Source of the DNA: Mustelus asterias
Lineage: Eukaryota
Direction: 5' to 3'
Assembly (NCBI RefSeq): GCF_964213995.1
Contig: NW_027590197.1
Location: 744,001-779,552 of the forward strand
Length of the DNA: 35,552 nt
The notes beneath the pieces were generated by a model. It was not told the origin of the DNA. It was given only the letters and a program-made list of their open reading frames with translations, and did no database searches. Below, piece after piece: positions 1-11,144 of this stretch. The position numbers were made by a program, and so were the translations under genes. Every line of letters begins with the position of its first letter. Position 1 is the first letter of the stretch.

Positions 1-36
1 AGGAGCAAAACCTTAGATTACAGGACGATATCGACA

Positions 37-338
37 GGGCGGCACAGAGGCACTGCTGCCTCACAGTGCCAGGGACCCAAGTTTGATTCCCGGCTTGCGT
101 CACCCTCTGCGTGGAGTCTGCACGTTCTCCCCATGTCTGCGTGGGTTTCCTCCGGGTGCTCCGGTTTCCTCCCACAGTCCAAAAGATGTGTTGATTAGGT
201 GCATTGGTCATGCTAAATTCTCCCTCAGTGTACCTAAACAGGCGCTGGAGTGTGGCGACTCAGGGATTTTCACAGTAACTTCACTGCAGTGTTAATGTAA
301 GCCTACTTGTGACACTAGTAAATAAACCTTAAAACTTT
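37..338 (+). mobile_element. HE1-like tRNA-derived V-SINE
   Basis: Head gggcggcac...gcactgctgcctcacag..ccagggacc, V-domain ttctccccatgtctgcgtgggtttcctccgggtgctccggtttcctcccacagtcc, AT-rich tail. Confidence 0.9.
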
Positions 339-648
339 AGTTAGATGGGCAGAACAGTGGCAAGTGGAATTCAACCCTGAAAAGATTAGGTAATTTTTGG
401 AGGACGAGCAATGTAATGGAATGCGCAATGAATGGTCAGATCCTAGGAAGTACAGAGGATCAGAGGAACCTTGGTGTGCATGTCCATAGATCTCTGAAGA
501 CAGTAGGACAGTTACATAAGGTGGTTCAGAAGGCACATGGGATACTTGCCTTTATTAACCAAGGCATTGAATATATGGCTGTAGAGTTTCACATTCTAAT
601 CAGTATTCTGTCACTTGATTTTGTGCCTCTGTATGCCCTGTTTCCACT

Positions 649-685
649 CCATCTGACGAAGGAGCAGCGCTCCGAAAGCTTATGG
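649..685 (+). ncRNA. Minimal type-I hammerhead ribozyme motif
   Basis: CCAT-CTGACGA-A-GGAGC(agc)GCTCC-GAAA-GC-T-T-ATGG: intact core, stem I CCAT/ATGG, stem II of 5 bp, palindromic stem III (AGCT). Confidence 0.75.
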
Positions 686-807
686 TATTTGCTACCAAAT
701 AAACCTGTTGGACTTTAACCTGGTGTTGTGAGACTTCTTACTGTGTTCACCCCAGTCCAACACCGGCATCTCCACATCATGGCCCTGTTTGAGAGCAGAT
801 ATCCACT

Positions 808-844
808 CCATCTGACGAAGGAGCAGCACTCTGAAAGCTAATGG
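808..844 (+). ncRNA. Minimal type-I hammerhead ribozyme motif, second tandem copy
   Basis: CCAT-CTGACGA-A-GGAGC(agc)ACTCT-GAAA-GC-T-A-ATGG: core intact, stem II weakened by CpG-type changes. Confidence 0.7.
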
Positions 845-1654
845 CATTTGCTACCAAATAAACCTGTTGGACTTTAACCTGGTGTTGTTAAAACTCTTAC
901 TGTGTTTACCCCAGTCCAAGGCCACATCATTGAATATAAGGGCAGGGAGGTTATGATGGAGCTGTCTAAAACACTGGATAGGCCACAGCTGGAGTACTGT
1001 GTGCAGTTCTGGTCGCCACACTATAGGAAGGATGTAATTGCACTGGAGAAGGTGCAGAGGAAATTCCCCAGGGTGTTGGCTGGGCTGGAGTGTTTCAGCT
1101 ATGAGGAGAGGCTGGAGAGGCTGGCATTGTTTTTCTTGGAGCAGAGAAGGGTGAGGGGGACCTGATTGAGGTGTATAAAATTCTGAGGGGCACAGATAGG
1201 GGGCATAGGAAGGAACTTTTCTCTTTAGTCGAGAGGTCAATAACCAAGGGCATGGATTTAATTTCAGGAGCAGGAGGTTTATAGGAGAAATGAGGAGAAA
1301 TCTTTTGACCCAGAGGGTCATGAATCTGGAACTCAGTGCCTGAAAGAGTGGTAGAGGTGGGAACCTTCACAACATTTAAGAAGAATTTAGTTAAGCTTTT
1401 GAAATGCCTTAGCATACAAGGTTACGCACAAAGAGTGGAAAATGGGGTTGGAATAGAACGGTCCTTGATGGCCGGCACAAACACGATGGGCCGAAGGGCC
1501 TCTTTCCATGCTGTAAAACTCTATGACCACCCACGTTGGCAGCAAGTTCAATATCATCATCAGTCACAACCCCCCTGTATCTTCACTAACTGAATCAATC
1601 CATTTAAAACATTCTTAGTTGAGGTATGTAGCCATATTTCTGTTTGGCCGGCAT

Positions 1655-2274
1655 CCTGCATGGAGATTTCCAGCTCTCTGTGTCCAGGACAGGAAGCAGT
1701 GAGCACGGATCTGTCAATCAGCCTCAATCAGCACCTTCAGGAGAATTGGGAGGGTGAATATTAGATACAGCAGAGTGAGAATGGAGGGAGAGTGTGTGGG
1801 ATGGAGATTTACAGCTTTTGGAGAATAAGAGAGGAAAGAATGTTCCAGAGAAACTACAATTGTTCTGAATTTCTATCTTGTAATGACACTGATCACTTTT
1901 GTAAACTCCTTTTACAGGATATTGGAAGGGGAGGATTTACAGACAGAAATCTCAAACCTAATGTCACATCAACATCTGACATCCTCACTCAATTCATCGG
2001 GGTCTGAATCTATCGATCTTTGATTCTCGAAGGAGAAATGTTTCCCTGTTCTGTCTGCTTCAAAAACTTCAATCATTTGTGTGACTGGAAAAGCACCAAG
2101 GCACTGATACACCCGAGTGAGAGTGTTCCAGTGCACTGAGTGTGGAAAGAGCTTTAACCAGTTACATTGCCTGAAAATACATCGCAGCATTCACAGCGGG
2201 GAGAGACTGTACCCGTGTTCTGTGTGAGATTTAACTGATTGTTTAACCTGGAGAGTCACAAGGACACCCACACC
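1655..2274 (+). repeat. Shared ZNF upstream cassette (intron end, acceptor at 1917, 5' UTR with relic fingers), unit 1
   Basis: gatctgtcaatcagcctcaatcagcaccttcaggagaattggg...ttttacag|GATAT recurs, whole or in part, before each ZNF ORF (near 9465, 15893/16206, 21090 and 27700). Confidence 0.85.
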
Positions 2275-2865
2275 ATGGAGAAACCGTGGAAATGTGGGGA
2301 CTGCGGGAAGGGATTCATATCCCCATCTCAGCTGGAAGCTCATCAACGCAGTCACACTGGAGAGAGACCATTCACTTGCTGTGTCTGTGGCAAGGGATTC
2401 AGTCAGTTATCAAATCTGCGGACACACCAGCGAGTTCACACTGGGGAGAGACCGTCCACCTGCTCTGTGTGTGGGAAGGGATTGACTGACTTATCCAGCC
2501 TGCGAGGACACCAGCGAGTTCACACTGGGGAGAGACCATTCACCTGCTCTCAGTGTGGGGAGGGATTCACTCAGTCATCCACCTTGCGGAGACACCAGTG
2601 AGTTCACACTGGGGAGAGACCATTCACCTGCTCTCAGTATCTAAAGGGATTCACTCAATTATCCCACCGACAGACACACCAGCGAGTTCACACTGGGGAG
2701 AGGCCATTCACCTGCTCTCAGTGTGGAAAGGGATTCACTCAGTCATCCACCCTGCGGAGACACCAGCGAGTTCACACTGGGGAGAGACCATTCACCTGCT
2801 CTCAGTGTGGGAAGAGTTTCAGAGCTTCATCCGCCCTGCTGAGACACCAACCAATTCACGAGTGA
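2275..2865 (+). pseudogene. C2H2 zinc-finger gene unit 1 (7 fingers), probable pseudogene
   Basis: Starts [12 protein letters not shown]. In-frame TGA at 2599-2601 (CGA>TGA) between the His residues of finger 4. Finger 5 has Cys>Tyr (CSQYLK). The frame continues to the family stop at 2863-2865. Confidence 0.85.
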
Positions 2866-4127
2866 TTCCAGGGGTTGGATTCTGCTGTTATTGTTTCTGC
2901 TCTCAATTACATCCAGGACTGCATTTTGTTCATTCTCACAGTTGGTCAATGGGGAGGGTCGGAGGGTTTCTTTCTGCTGGACTGGCTGGTCTCATGACTT
3001 TGCCTCCAGTGGCTGAGTCTTGTTGCGAATCCCTGGTTTCAGATTTCACACGGATCACAGAGTGACAGGGCGATTGGAAGTTCAGACATGTTCAGTCAGC
3101 ATTTCTATTTGAAACTCCCCCAGATGCCAATCGAATTTCCTTTGCAATAGTTTGTTGTCTCCAATTCCTCCACGCTCGTAGGCAGCGGGTTCCAGAACAT
3201 TACCATTCACTGCATCAAAATATTCTTCCTCACATCCCCCCCCTGCATCTCTGACCCAAAACCATAAATCTGTGTCCCTCTCGTCCTTGTCCCGTCAGCG
3301 AATGGGAACAGCTTTTCTTTGTCCACCTTATCTCAACCTGTCAGAATCTTGTCCACCTCTATCAAATCTCCCCTCAACCTCCTTTGCTCCAAGGAGAACA
3401 ACCCCAGCCTGACATTGACAATAAAGAACAAACGAATAGAATATGTTAATACCTGAGATCAAATGGGAATGTTTAATTTCTGATTTAAAGATGTTGTGAA
3501 TATATTGTCCTGGACAATCAAGGAATTTGAACAACTCACCTTGGGTGTGGTTGAATGGAATATATCAATCTGGTATCCACCTTCATTCTGGTGAAAGTCT
3601 GGAATGTGTAGCTGGAAATCCCTCCCTAACCACACTGTGGGTGTACTTACACCTCAGGCATTGTAGCAGTTCAGGAAGGCAGTGTTGGCGCTGATCGTGG
3701 CCGAGGCAGCTACATACAGCCACATATTCTGTTATAATTGAAGGACTGCCGATTGAATGTGAGGCATTATGGGACTGGACTATCTTGACCACATTCCTGT
3801 GACTGCTCAGTTTCTGCATTCACGGACCATTAAAACTGCTTAGCAGGGCCCTGATAGAGGACCTGGTGAGAATATTTACTCAGAATGAGTTAGAATTAAA
3901 CTTATTCCAGGACCGGCTGGTGTTCAGCAGCTGATACACCCGAATTTGTAAAAGGAGGGTCTGACCAATCATCAAACAGTGGTAGGTAGTTGGTTAAGAA
4001 GTGAAGAAGCGTTCTCAGGCATTGTTTAAATTATTTTATCATAAATTTGTGATAAGAACTGTGAGGGACTTGTGACCCGATAGTCGGTGAAGTGACGGTA
4101 TACTCCAAGTAGCACTGGACTGAAAAG
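2857..4127 (+). repeat. Segmental duplicate of 17630-18893 (3' UTR/flank of ZNF units 1 and 3), including an inverted CR1 fragment at about 3105-3410
   Basis: Colinear high similarity from cacgagtgattccaggggttgg to ccaagtagcactggactgaaaag. Confidence 0.9.
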
Positions 4128-4268
4128 CAGAGCTCTGAGAGTGGATTCTAATGGTTATAATCCTACCCAAGCATGGCCAGTGAAAAATCAGAGCTCAACT
4201 GGGGACAGGACAGGTCTCTTACCTGCCATTTGGAAACTAAGAACAAGAAACATATCGATAAAATAATT

Positions 4269-4446
4269 AGAGAATAGAGCCAATGTTTCAAGCCTGAATG
4301 ACACTTCGTAAGAGCTCTTATGAAGGGACATCTAGACTCGAAATATTGGCTCTATTCTCTCTCCACAGATGCTATCAGACCCGCTGAGATTTTCCAGCAT
4401 TTTCTGTTTTCTTTTCAGATTCCAACACCCACAGTATTTCACTTTT
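4269..4446 (+). mobile_element. Penelope-type short element, family 2, with a 92-bp palindrome (4269-4360) made of two degenerate hammerhead motifs
   Basis: Arms agagaatagagccaat / attggctctattctct centred on agag|ctct, then ccacagatgct..cagacc.gctgag.tttccagcattttctg. Confidence 0.65.
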
Positions 4447-4554
4447 ATGATTAAATGATTCGGTCTGATTGGAATCCCCACGACCCTCCCGCATTGTTCT
4501 GACTCTACCAGCTGGGCTGTGGAATTAATTGGATAGATCTTCCAATAACAGAAA

Positions 4555-6442
4555 GGAAAGATAGATTATGAAACTAAACTAGCTCTAAACATAAAAAATA
4601 ATAGTAAAAGTTTTTACAAATATATAGAAAGGAATAGAGTGGCTAGAGTGAATGTTGGACCCTTGGAGGACGAGAGGGGGGATTTAATACTGGAATACGA
4701 GGAAATGGCTGAGACTTTAAATAGGTTTTTTGTGTCGGTCTTCACGGTGGAAGACACAAATAGTTTACCAAATATTCACGATTGAGTGTTGGTAGGAGGA
4801 GAGATACTCAATACAATTATTGTTACTAGAGAGGCAGTGCTTGGTAGACTAACGGGACTGAAGGTGGACAAGTCCCCGGGCCCGGATGGAATGCATCCCA
4901 GGGAACTGAAAGAAATGTCAGAGGTAATAGCAGATGCGTTAGTGGTTATTTATAAAAATTCACTGGACTCTGGGGTAGTGCCAGCTGATTGGAAAACGGC
5001 TACTGTTACGCCGCTGTTTAAAAAAGGAAGTAGACAAAAGGCGGGTAACTACAGGCTGGTTAGCTTAACGTCTGTAGTTGGGAAAATGTTGGAATCCATC
5101 ATTAAAGAAGAAATAGCAGGCCATCTGGATAAGAATGGTTCGATCAAGCAGACGCAGCATGGATTCATGAGAGGAAAGTCGTGTTTGACGAACTTACTGG
5201 ATTTTTATGAAGATGTGCCTAGTGCGGTTGACAGAGGGGAACCAGTAGATGTGGTGTTTTTGGATTTCCAAAAGGCATTTGATAAGGTGCCTCACAAAAG
5301 TTTGCTGCAGAAGATTGGGGCACACGGAGTTGGGGGTGTGGTGTTAGCGTGGATTGGGGATTGGCTATCCAACAGGAAGCAGAGAGTTGGAATAAATGGG
5401 TGCTTTTCTGGTTGGCAGATGGTGACTAGTGGCGTGCCACAGGGATCGGTACTGGGGACTCAACTGTTTACTATTTACATAGATGATCTGAAGGAGGGGA
5501 CTGAGTGTAGGGTAACAAAGTTTGCTGATGACACGAAGATAAGTGGGAAATTGAATTGCGTGGAGGAAGCAGAAGGTCTGCAGAGAGATTTGAATAGGCT
5601 GAGTGAGTGGGCGAGGATCTGGCAGATGGCGTATAAAGTTGGCAAATGCGAGGTTATTCACTTTGGAAGAAATAATAGCAAATTGGATTATTATTTAAAT
5701 GGAAAAAAATTACAACATGCTACTGTGCAAAGGGACCTGGGGTTCCTTGTGCATGAGTCGCAAAAACTCAGTCTGCAAGTACAACAGGTGATCAAGAAGT
5801 CAAATGGGATGTTGGAATTTATCGCGAGGGGGAGAGAATATAAAAGCAGAGAAGTCTTGCTGCATTTGTACGAGGCATTGATGAGGCCGCAGCTGGAATA
5901 CTGTGTGCAGTTTTGGTCCCCTTACTTGCGAAAGGATATATTGGCCTTGGAGGGAGTGCAGAGAAGATTCAGCAGGTTGATATCGGAGATGAGGGGTGTA
6001 GATTATGAGGAGAGATTGAGCAGATTAGGTTTGTACTCGTTGGAGTTTAGAAGGGTGATCTTATCGAGACCTATAAGATAATGAAGGGGCTGGATGGGGT
6101 TGAAGTGGAGAGATTCTTTCCACTTTGAAAGGAAACCAGAACTAGAGGGCACAGCCTCAAAATAAAGGGGAGTCAGTTTAGGACAGAGTTGAGGAGGAAC
6201 TTCTTCTCTCAGAGGGTGGTGAATCTCTGGAATTCTCTGCCCACTGAAGGAGGCTACCTCATGAATATGTTTAAATCACAGATAGATGGATTTCTGATCG
6301 GCAGGGGAATTAAGGGTTATGGGGAGCAGGCAGGTAAGTGGAACTGATTCACTTCAGATCAGCCATGATCTTATTGAATGGCGGGGCAGGCTCGAGGGGC
6401 TAGATGGCCTACTCCTACTCCTATTTCTGATGTTCTTATGTT
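4555..6442 (+). mobile_element. CR1-clade LINE, 5'-truncated, RT domain still open (ORF 4786-6081)
   Basis: [50 protein letters not shown]; frameshift near 6055; 3' tail gatgttcttatgtt. Confidence 0.95.
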
Positions 6443-6769
6443 CCAGAGAGCCAGCAGAGACATAATGGACCAAATGATTTCTATTTATGCTGTATCATTC
6501 TCTAAAAGAGTGAACATTCAGTATCAGGGACAGAGAGAAGAACCAGTGACTGTGCGATTGAACCCAGCCAGAATCAGCACCATAAAGGGAGGAGTGAGAG
6601 GGACACGGTGTAAAAGCTTTGAAACCATTGCATGGTCCTGCAGCAGAACTTTGAGAAATGGAGCACAGCAGATCACCAATTCTCAATATTTCATTAATTT
6701 ACCTCAAATGCTAACAATGTTATTTTGAATTTACTGTGTGAGGTTTCAATGGCAGTTATTACCCAGCAT

Positions 6770-7200
6770 TCGCTGCGGGTGTGAAAGTGCCCTATTCATC
6801 CACAGGAGCCCAGTACGCAGGCGCAGCGCTGTATCTGGTTCATGCGCAGTGTTACTTTGCTCGGAGGCCTACGAGTGCGGGAGACACTTATTTCAAGGGG
6901 TGAGAATCGGTGGGGCGGCGGGAGGAATGGAGCCGGGATTCGGGGTGGGGAGGGAACAGAGGCTTCACAAACATCTGCTGTAGGCCGCAAGGCCTGAATA
7001 AGAGCCTTCCGGTCCCGGGTTTGCGGCTCCGGGGATTTTATCCGGGATCAGGCCTAGTGCCGTGGCCGCCATCTTTGTTCAGCGGGGAGCAGAGCGCATG
7101 CGCAGCAAGTGGGCGGAGCTTCAGGATTTGGGTGACCAGGAGAGACAATGTTTGAGTCATTGACTGACAGGCCGGGTTCATGGATGCTGCCTTTCCCGGG
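6770..7200. promoter_or_regulatory. CpG-island promoter, probably of ZNF unit 2
   Basis: CpG-rich stretch with a YY1-type GCCGCCATCTTT (~7065), an NRF1-type GCGCATGCGC (~7094), a GC box gggcggag (~7111) and catgcgcagt (6841). Confidence 0.65.
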
Positions 7201-7806
7201 GGAAGGTGCTGCAGGGGGAATAACAGAATAAAAACATGATCAAAATTAGGAGCAGGAGGGGGCATCTAGACCCATCGAGGCTGCTCCGCCATTCAGTAAA
7301 CACATGGCTTAACTCAATTTTCCTCCAGCCCCAACCTCTCTATCTCATCACTCCCTGGTCGGTAAAATTGTATATAACACAGCTTTGAATATACTCAATG
7401 AGCCGGCCTCTCCTGTTCAATGAGGGAGAGAATTTCACAGCTTACTTAACTTCTGAGAGAAGCAATTTCTCCTCATCTCTGTCTTAGATCATTATTTTTA
7501 AATTGTTCTCGCAGTTCCAGATTCCGTGTTGAGGGGTAAACCCTTTCAGCATTCACTCTGTCAAGCACCTTCAGAATCTCATATGTTTCAGTAAGATCAC
7601 GTCTCATTTATCGAAAATCCAATGAGCATAGATGCACCCTGCCGAACCTTTCCTCATAAAACAGACCCCTTCATGCCCGAAATCAGCTCATGAACCTTGT
7701 CTGAATTGCTTCCAATGTAAGTATATTCCATCTTAAGTAATCTTATGCGAGAAAACAGGAGGGGAGAATGTTATGGATTTATATTCAGGACTGACAAATG
7801 ACTGTT

Positions 7807-8156
7807 GGGGGTGACACAGTGGTTAGCACTTCTGTCTCATAGCGCCAGAGACCCGGTTCAATTCCAGCCTCGGGTGATTGTCTGTATGGAGTTTGCACAT
7901 TCTCCCTCTGTCCATGTGGGTTTCCTCTGGGTGCTCTGGTTTCCTCCCACACTCCAAAGATGTGCAGATTAGGTTGATTGACAGTGCTAAATTGTCCCTT
8001 TGTGTCCCAAGATGAGGGGGAAGGAAAGGGGAGGATTAGTGATGTACGTACATCAGGTTACAGGGATAGGGTCTGAGTAAAGGTGCTCTGTTAGAAACTT
8101 GATGCAGACTCAATGGCCCAAAAGGCCTCCTTCTGCACTGCAGAAATTCTGTGATT
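7807..8156 (+). mobile_element. HE1-like V-SINE
   Basis: cacagtggttagcac head, V-domain, CR1-like tail ggcctccttctgcactg. Confidence 0.9.
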
Positions 8157-8274
8157 TTGGAATCTCCTTGGTTAGAAGAAGAGGATTTTCAAGCAATCTC
8201 AAACCCCCAAAAAATGTGTATCTCTTAATTTCAAGCCACAATTAACACATGACTCTTGTAATCTCCTTTTGCAG

Positions 8275-8375
8275 GGAGTTAGAATATTTGAAGATTGCAA
8301 TTCTTCTCTGATTCCAGTGCTTCTGACTTTCCAGCCGCAGGTTTCAAATTAGAAAACAGTGAAATTGTTTCAGAG
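8275..8375 (+). other. Candidate non-coding 5' UTR exon
   Basis: Acceptor tctccttttgcag ending at 8274 and donor GTGAGT at 8376. All three frames contain stops. Lies between the CpG island and ZNF unit 2. Confidence 0.4.
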
Positions 8376-8559
8376 GTGAGTATTGTTGAACATTTACCTA
8401 TAATTTTGAATTTTCGTGCTGTGCTCTGTTATCTGTACTCTGGTTCCACGTCTCTGGGGCTGGTGTGACTCCGTTACTGTGGATCTGAATCCATGTCCAT
8501 CCATTGCTTTGTTTCACCCCTGCCCTCCCTGATCACCTCTCTGTCATTGTCAGTTCAGA

Positions 8560-8955
8560 GAAGGATCTGCAGGTTGATACGTGGGATGAAGGCGTTGTTT
8601 TGTGAGGAAAGTTTGGGCCTGTACTGACTGGAGTTTAGAGGTGACCATAGTATTGACATCACATTGTGAGGTAGTGATTAGTATAGATGAAGAGAGGATG
8701 TTTCCAATGTTGGGGATTCCAGAATTAGTCGGCAGATTGTCAAAATAAAGAGTCCCCCATTTCTGATGGCGAGGAGGAGAAATGTCTTCCCTCAGAGGGC
8801 TGTTAGTCTTTGCAAGTCTCTTCCCCAGAGAGCAGTGGAGGCTGCATCATTAAATATACTCAAAATACAGAGATTTTTGATCGAAAAGGGAGTCAAGGGT
8901 GACAGGAAGAAAAGTGGAGTTCAGATCACAATCAGATCAGCCATGATCTTGATGG
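8560..8955 (+). mobile_element. Degenerate CR1 3' fragment
   Basis: RRNVFPQRAVSLCKSLPQRAVEA motif; agatcagccatgatct tail. Confidence 0.8.
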
Positions 8956-9393
8956 GAGACGATGGCCTTGTGGTATTATTGCTAGACTATTAATTCAGAA
9001 ACTCAGCTAATGTTTTGGGGACCCGGGTTTGAATCCTGCCATAGAATCATAGAAATCCTACAGTACAGAAGGAGGCCATTCAGCCCATCGAGTCTGCACC
9101 GACCACAATCCCACCCCATAGCAGCTGGTGGAATTTGAATTCAATTAAAAATATCTGGAATTAAGAAATGACTGATGACCATGAATCCATTGTCGATTGT
9201 CGGAAAAACCTATCTGGTTCACTAATGTGCTTCAGGGAATGAAATCTGCCATCCTTAACTGGTCTGGCCTACATGTGACTCCAAAGCCACAACAATGTGG
9301 TTGACTCTCAACTGCCCTTCAAGAGCAACTCGGGATGGGTAATAAATGCTGGCCAGCCAGCAACATCCATGTCCCATGAATGAATAAAAAAAA
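8956..9393 (+). mobile_element. SacSINE1/DeuSINE-like tRNA-derived SINE with a nested inverted HE1/CR1 tail (about 9040-9120)
   Basis: B-box-like gggtttgaatcc; 3' end aataaatgctggcc...cccatgaatgaataaaaaaaa. The nested piece is flanked by a ccatag direct repeat. Confidence 0.65.
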
Positions 9394-9514
9394 TTCACTT
9401 GAGCAGCTTGGTGGGCTGAATTTCGAACTATTTCTTACGATCTGTCAGGAACATGAAATGGTGAGTGTCGATCAGCATTAATTAGCACCTTCAGGAGAAT
9501 TGGGTCGTGTATAT

Positions 9515-9781
9515 TAAAGTTTAAAGTTTATTTATTAGTCACAAGTAAGGTTTATATTAACACTGCAATGAAGTTACTGTGAAATTCCCCTAGTTGTCAC
9601 ACTCCGGCACCTGTTCGGGTCGATGCACCGAACCAGCACGTCTTTCAGAATGAGGGAGGAAACTCATGCAGACACGGGGAGAACGTGCAAACTCCACACA
9701 GACAGTGACCCAAGCCGGAAATCGAACCCGGGTCCCTGGCACTGTGAGGCAGCAGTGCTAACCACTGTGCTACCGTGCTGC
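9515..9781 (-). mobile_element. HE1-like V-SINE inserted into the unit-2 upstream cassette
   Basis: Reverse complement of the SINE head and V-domain; cassette sequence lies on both sides. Confidence 0.9.
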
Positions 9782-10085
9782 AGAATGCTAAATGGAATGA
9801 GAGAGAGAGTGTGTATGTGTGAGGGGCGTGGGTGGAGATTTAAAGAATGTTCCATAGAAACTACAATTGTCTGTTTTGAATTTCTATCATGTGCTGACAG
9901 TGATGATTTTATTGGAAGGAGAGGTTTTGAAAACGGAAATCTCAAAAGAGTCACTTGATTCATAAGGACGTGAAAATCATCAGCCTTTTTAACATCAGTG
10001 TGACTGGAAAAGCGCTGAGATTCACACACCCGTATCAGAGTGTTCCAGTGCACTGATTGTGGAGAGACACAAGGACTCCGACACC

Positions 10086-10820
10086 ATGGAGAAACCATGG
10101 AAATGTGGAGACTGTGGGAAGGGATTCAGAGCCCCATCTGAGGTGGAATCTCATCGACGCAGTCACACCGGGGAGAGACCGTTCAGATGCTCCACTTGTG
10201 GGAAGGGATTCAATCATTCATCGAATCTGCTGAGACACCAGCGAATTCACACTGAGGAGAGGCTAGTCACCTGCTCACAGTGTGGGAAGGGATTCAGAGA
10301 TTCATCCACTCTGCTGACACACCAAAAGGTTCACACTGGGGAGAAGCCATTCACCTGTTGTGTGTGTGGAAAAGGATTCAGAGATTCATACACTTTGCTG
10401 ACACACCACCTAGTTCACACTGGGGAGAAGCCATTCACCTGCCCTGAGTGTGGAAAGGGATTCACTCAGTCATCTAACTTGCTGACACACCAGAGAGTTC
10501 ACACCGGGGAGAGGCCGTTCAACTGCTCAGTGTGTGGAAAAAGATTCACTCAGTCATCCGCTCTCCTGACACACCAGCGAATTCACACTGGAGAGAGGCC
10601 GTTCACCTGCTCTGTTTGTGGAAAGAGATTCACTCTGTCAGCCACCCTGATAGCACATCAGCGCATTCACACTGGGGAGAGGCCTTTCACCTGCTCCGTG
10701 TGTGGGAAGGGATTCACTCAATCATCAAATCTGCTGAAACACCAGCAAATTCACTTGGACACAAGCCTTTCACCTGCTCTGAGTTTGGGAAGTGATTCAG
10801 TGATTCATCCCAGTTGCTGA
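10086..10820 (+). CDS. C2H2 zinc-finger protein unit 2 (8 intact fingers; ninth finger frameshifted)
   Basis: accATGg start, 8 x C-x2-C-x12-H-x3-H with TGERP-type linkers. After 10755 the relic finger [25 protein letters not shown] is in another frame. Confidence 0.8.
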   Translation: MEKPWKCGDCGKGFRAPSEVESHRRSHTGERPFRCSTCGKGFNHSSNLLRHQRIHTEERLVTCSQCGKGFRDSSTLLTHQKVHTGEKPFTCCVCGKGFRDSYTLLTHHLVHTGEKPFTCPECGKGFTQSSNLLTHQRVHTGERPFNCSVCGKRFTQSSALLTHQRIHTGERPFTCSVCGKRFTLSATLIAHQRIHTGERPFTCSVCGKGFTQSSNLLKHQQIHLDTSLSPALSLGSDSVIHPSC

Positions 10821-11144
10821 GACACCAGAGAGTTTACAAGTGATAACAGGGGTCGAATTCTGTTGTACTGGCCAGTGTAATATTGTAATAGGTGGATCTT
10901 CATTTTAAAAATTCAAATTGTATAACCTGAAATGTGAGAAACTGCAGAGCTGGCAGAAATTGTTTAAACAAACAACTAATTTTTAAAAGCTACTGGACAT
11001 CATATTCTGCCAAACTCCAGCTCAAAAATAAGGCTCATTATATAATCTGATCAAGATCAGCAACAGAGAAAGCTGCAGACTCGATGGGCTGAATGGCCTC
11101 CTTCTGCACTGTAAGATTCTATGATTCTATGAGTTCACAAAATT

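Larger units (their letters stand above)
576..930 (+). mobile_element. Penelope-like (pLTR/retrozyme-type) short element, partial tandem with 159-bp period
   Basis: Two copies of ccactccatctgacgaaggagcagc...gaaagct...ctaccaaataaacctgttggactttaacctggtgttg. Flanking direct repeat cattgaatata at 565-575 and 928-938. Confidence 0.8.
1..1527 (+). mobile_element. CR1-clade LINE 3' fragment (RT C-terminus and tail), interrupted by a SINE (37-338) and a Penelope-type repeat (576-930)
   Basis: Translates to RPQLEYCVQFWSPHYRKDVIALEKVQR and YEERLERL, typical of the CR1 ORF2 C-terminus. It is frameshifted and ends in a ctctatgac tail. LINE sequence resumes on both sides of each insertion. Confidence 0.9.

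Noticed and set aside
62-68. CACAGTG heptamers in SINE heads (also ~7815, ~24788, ~29610) as RSSs
   Set aside because: Part of the SINE sequence, with no convincing nonamer seen and no adjacent gene segment.
8275-8375. KRAB-like coding exon
   Set aside because: Stops in all three frames and no KRAB-A motif.
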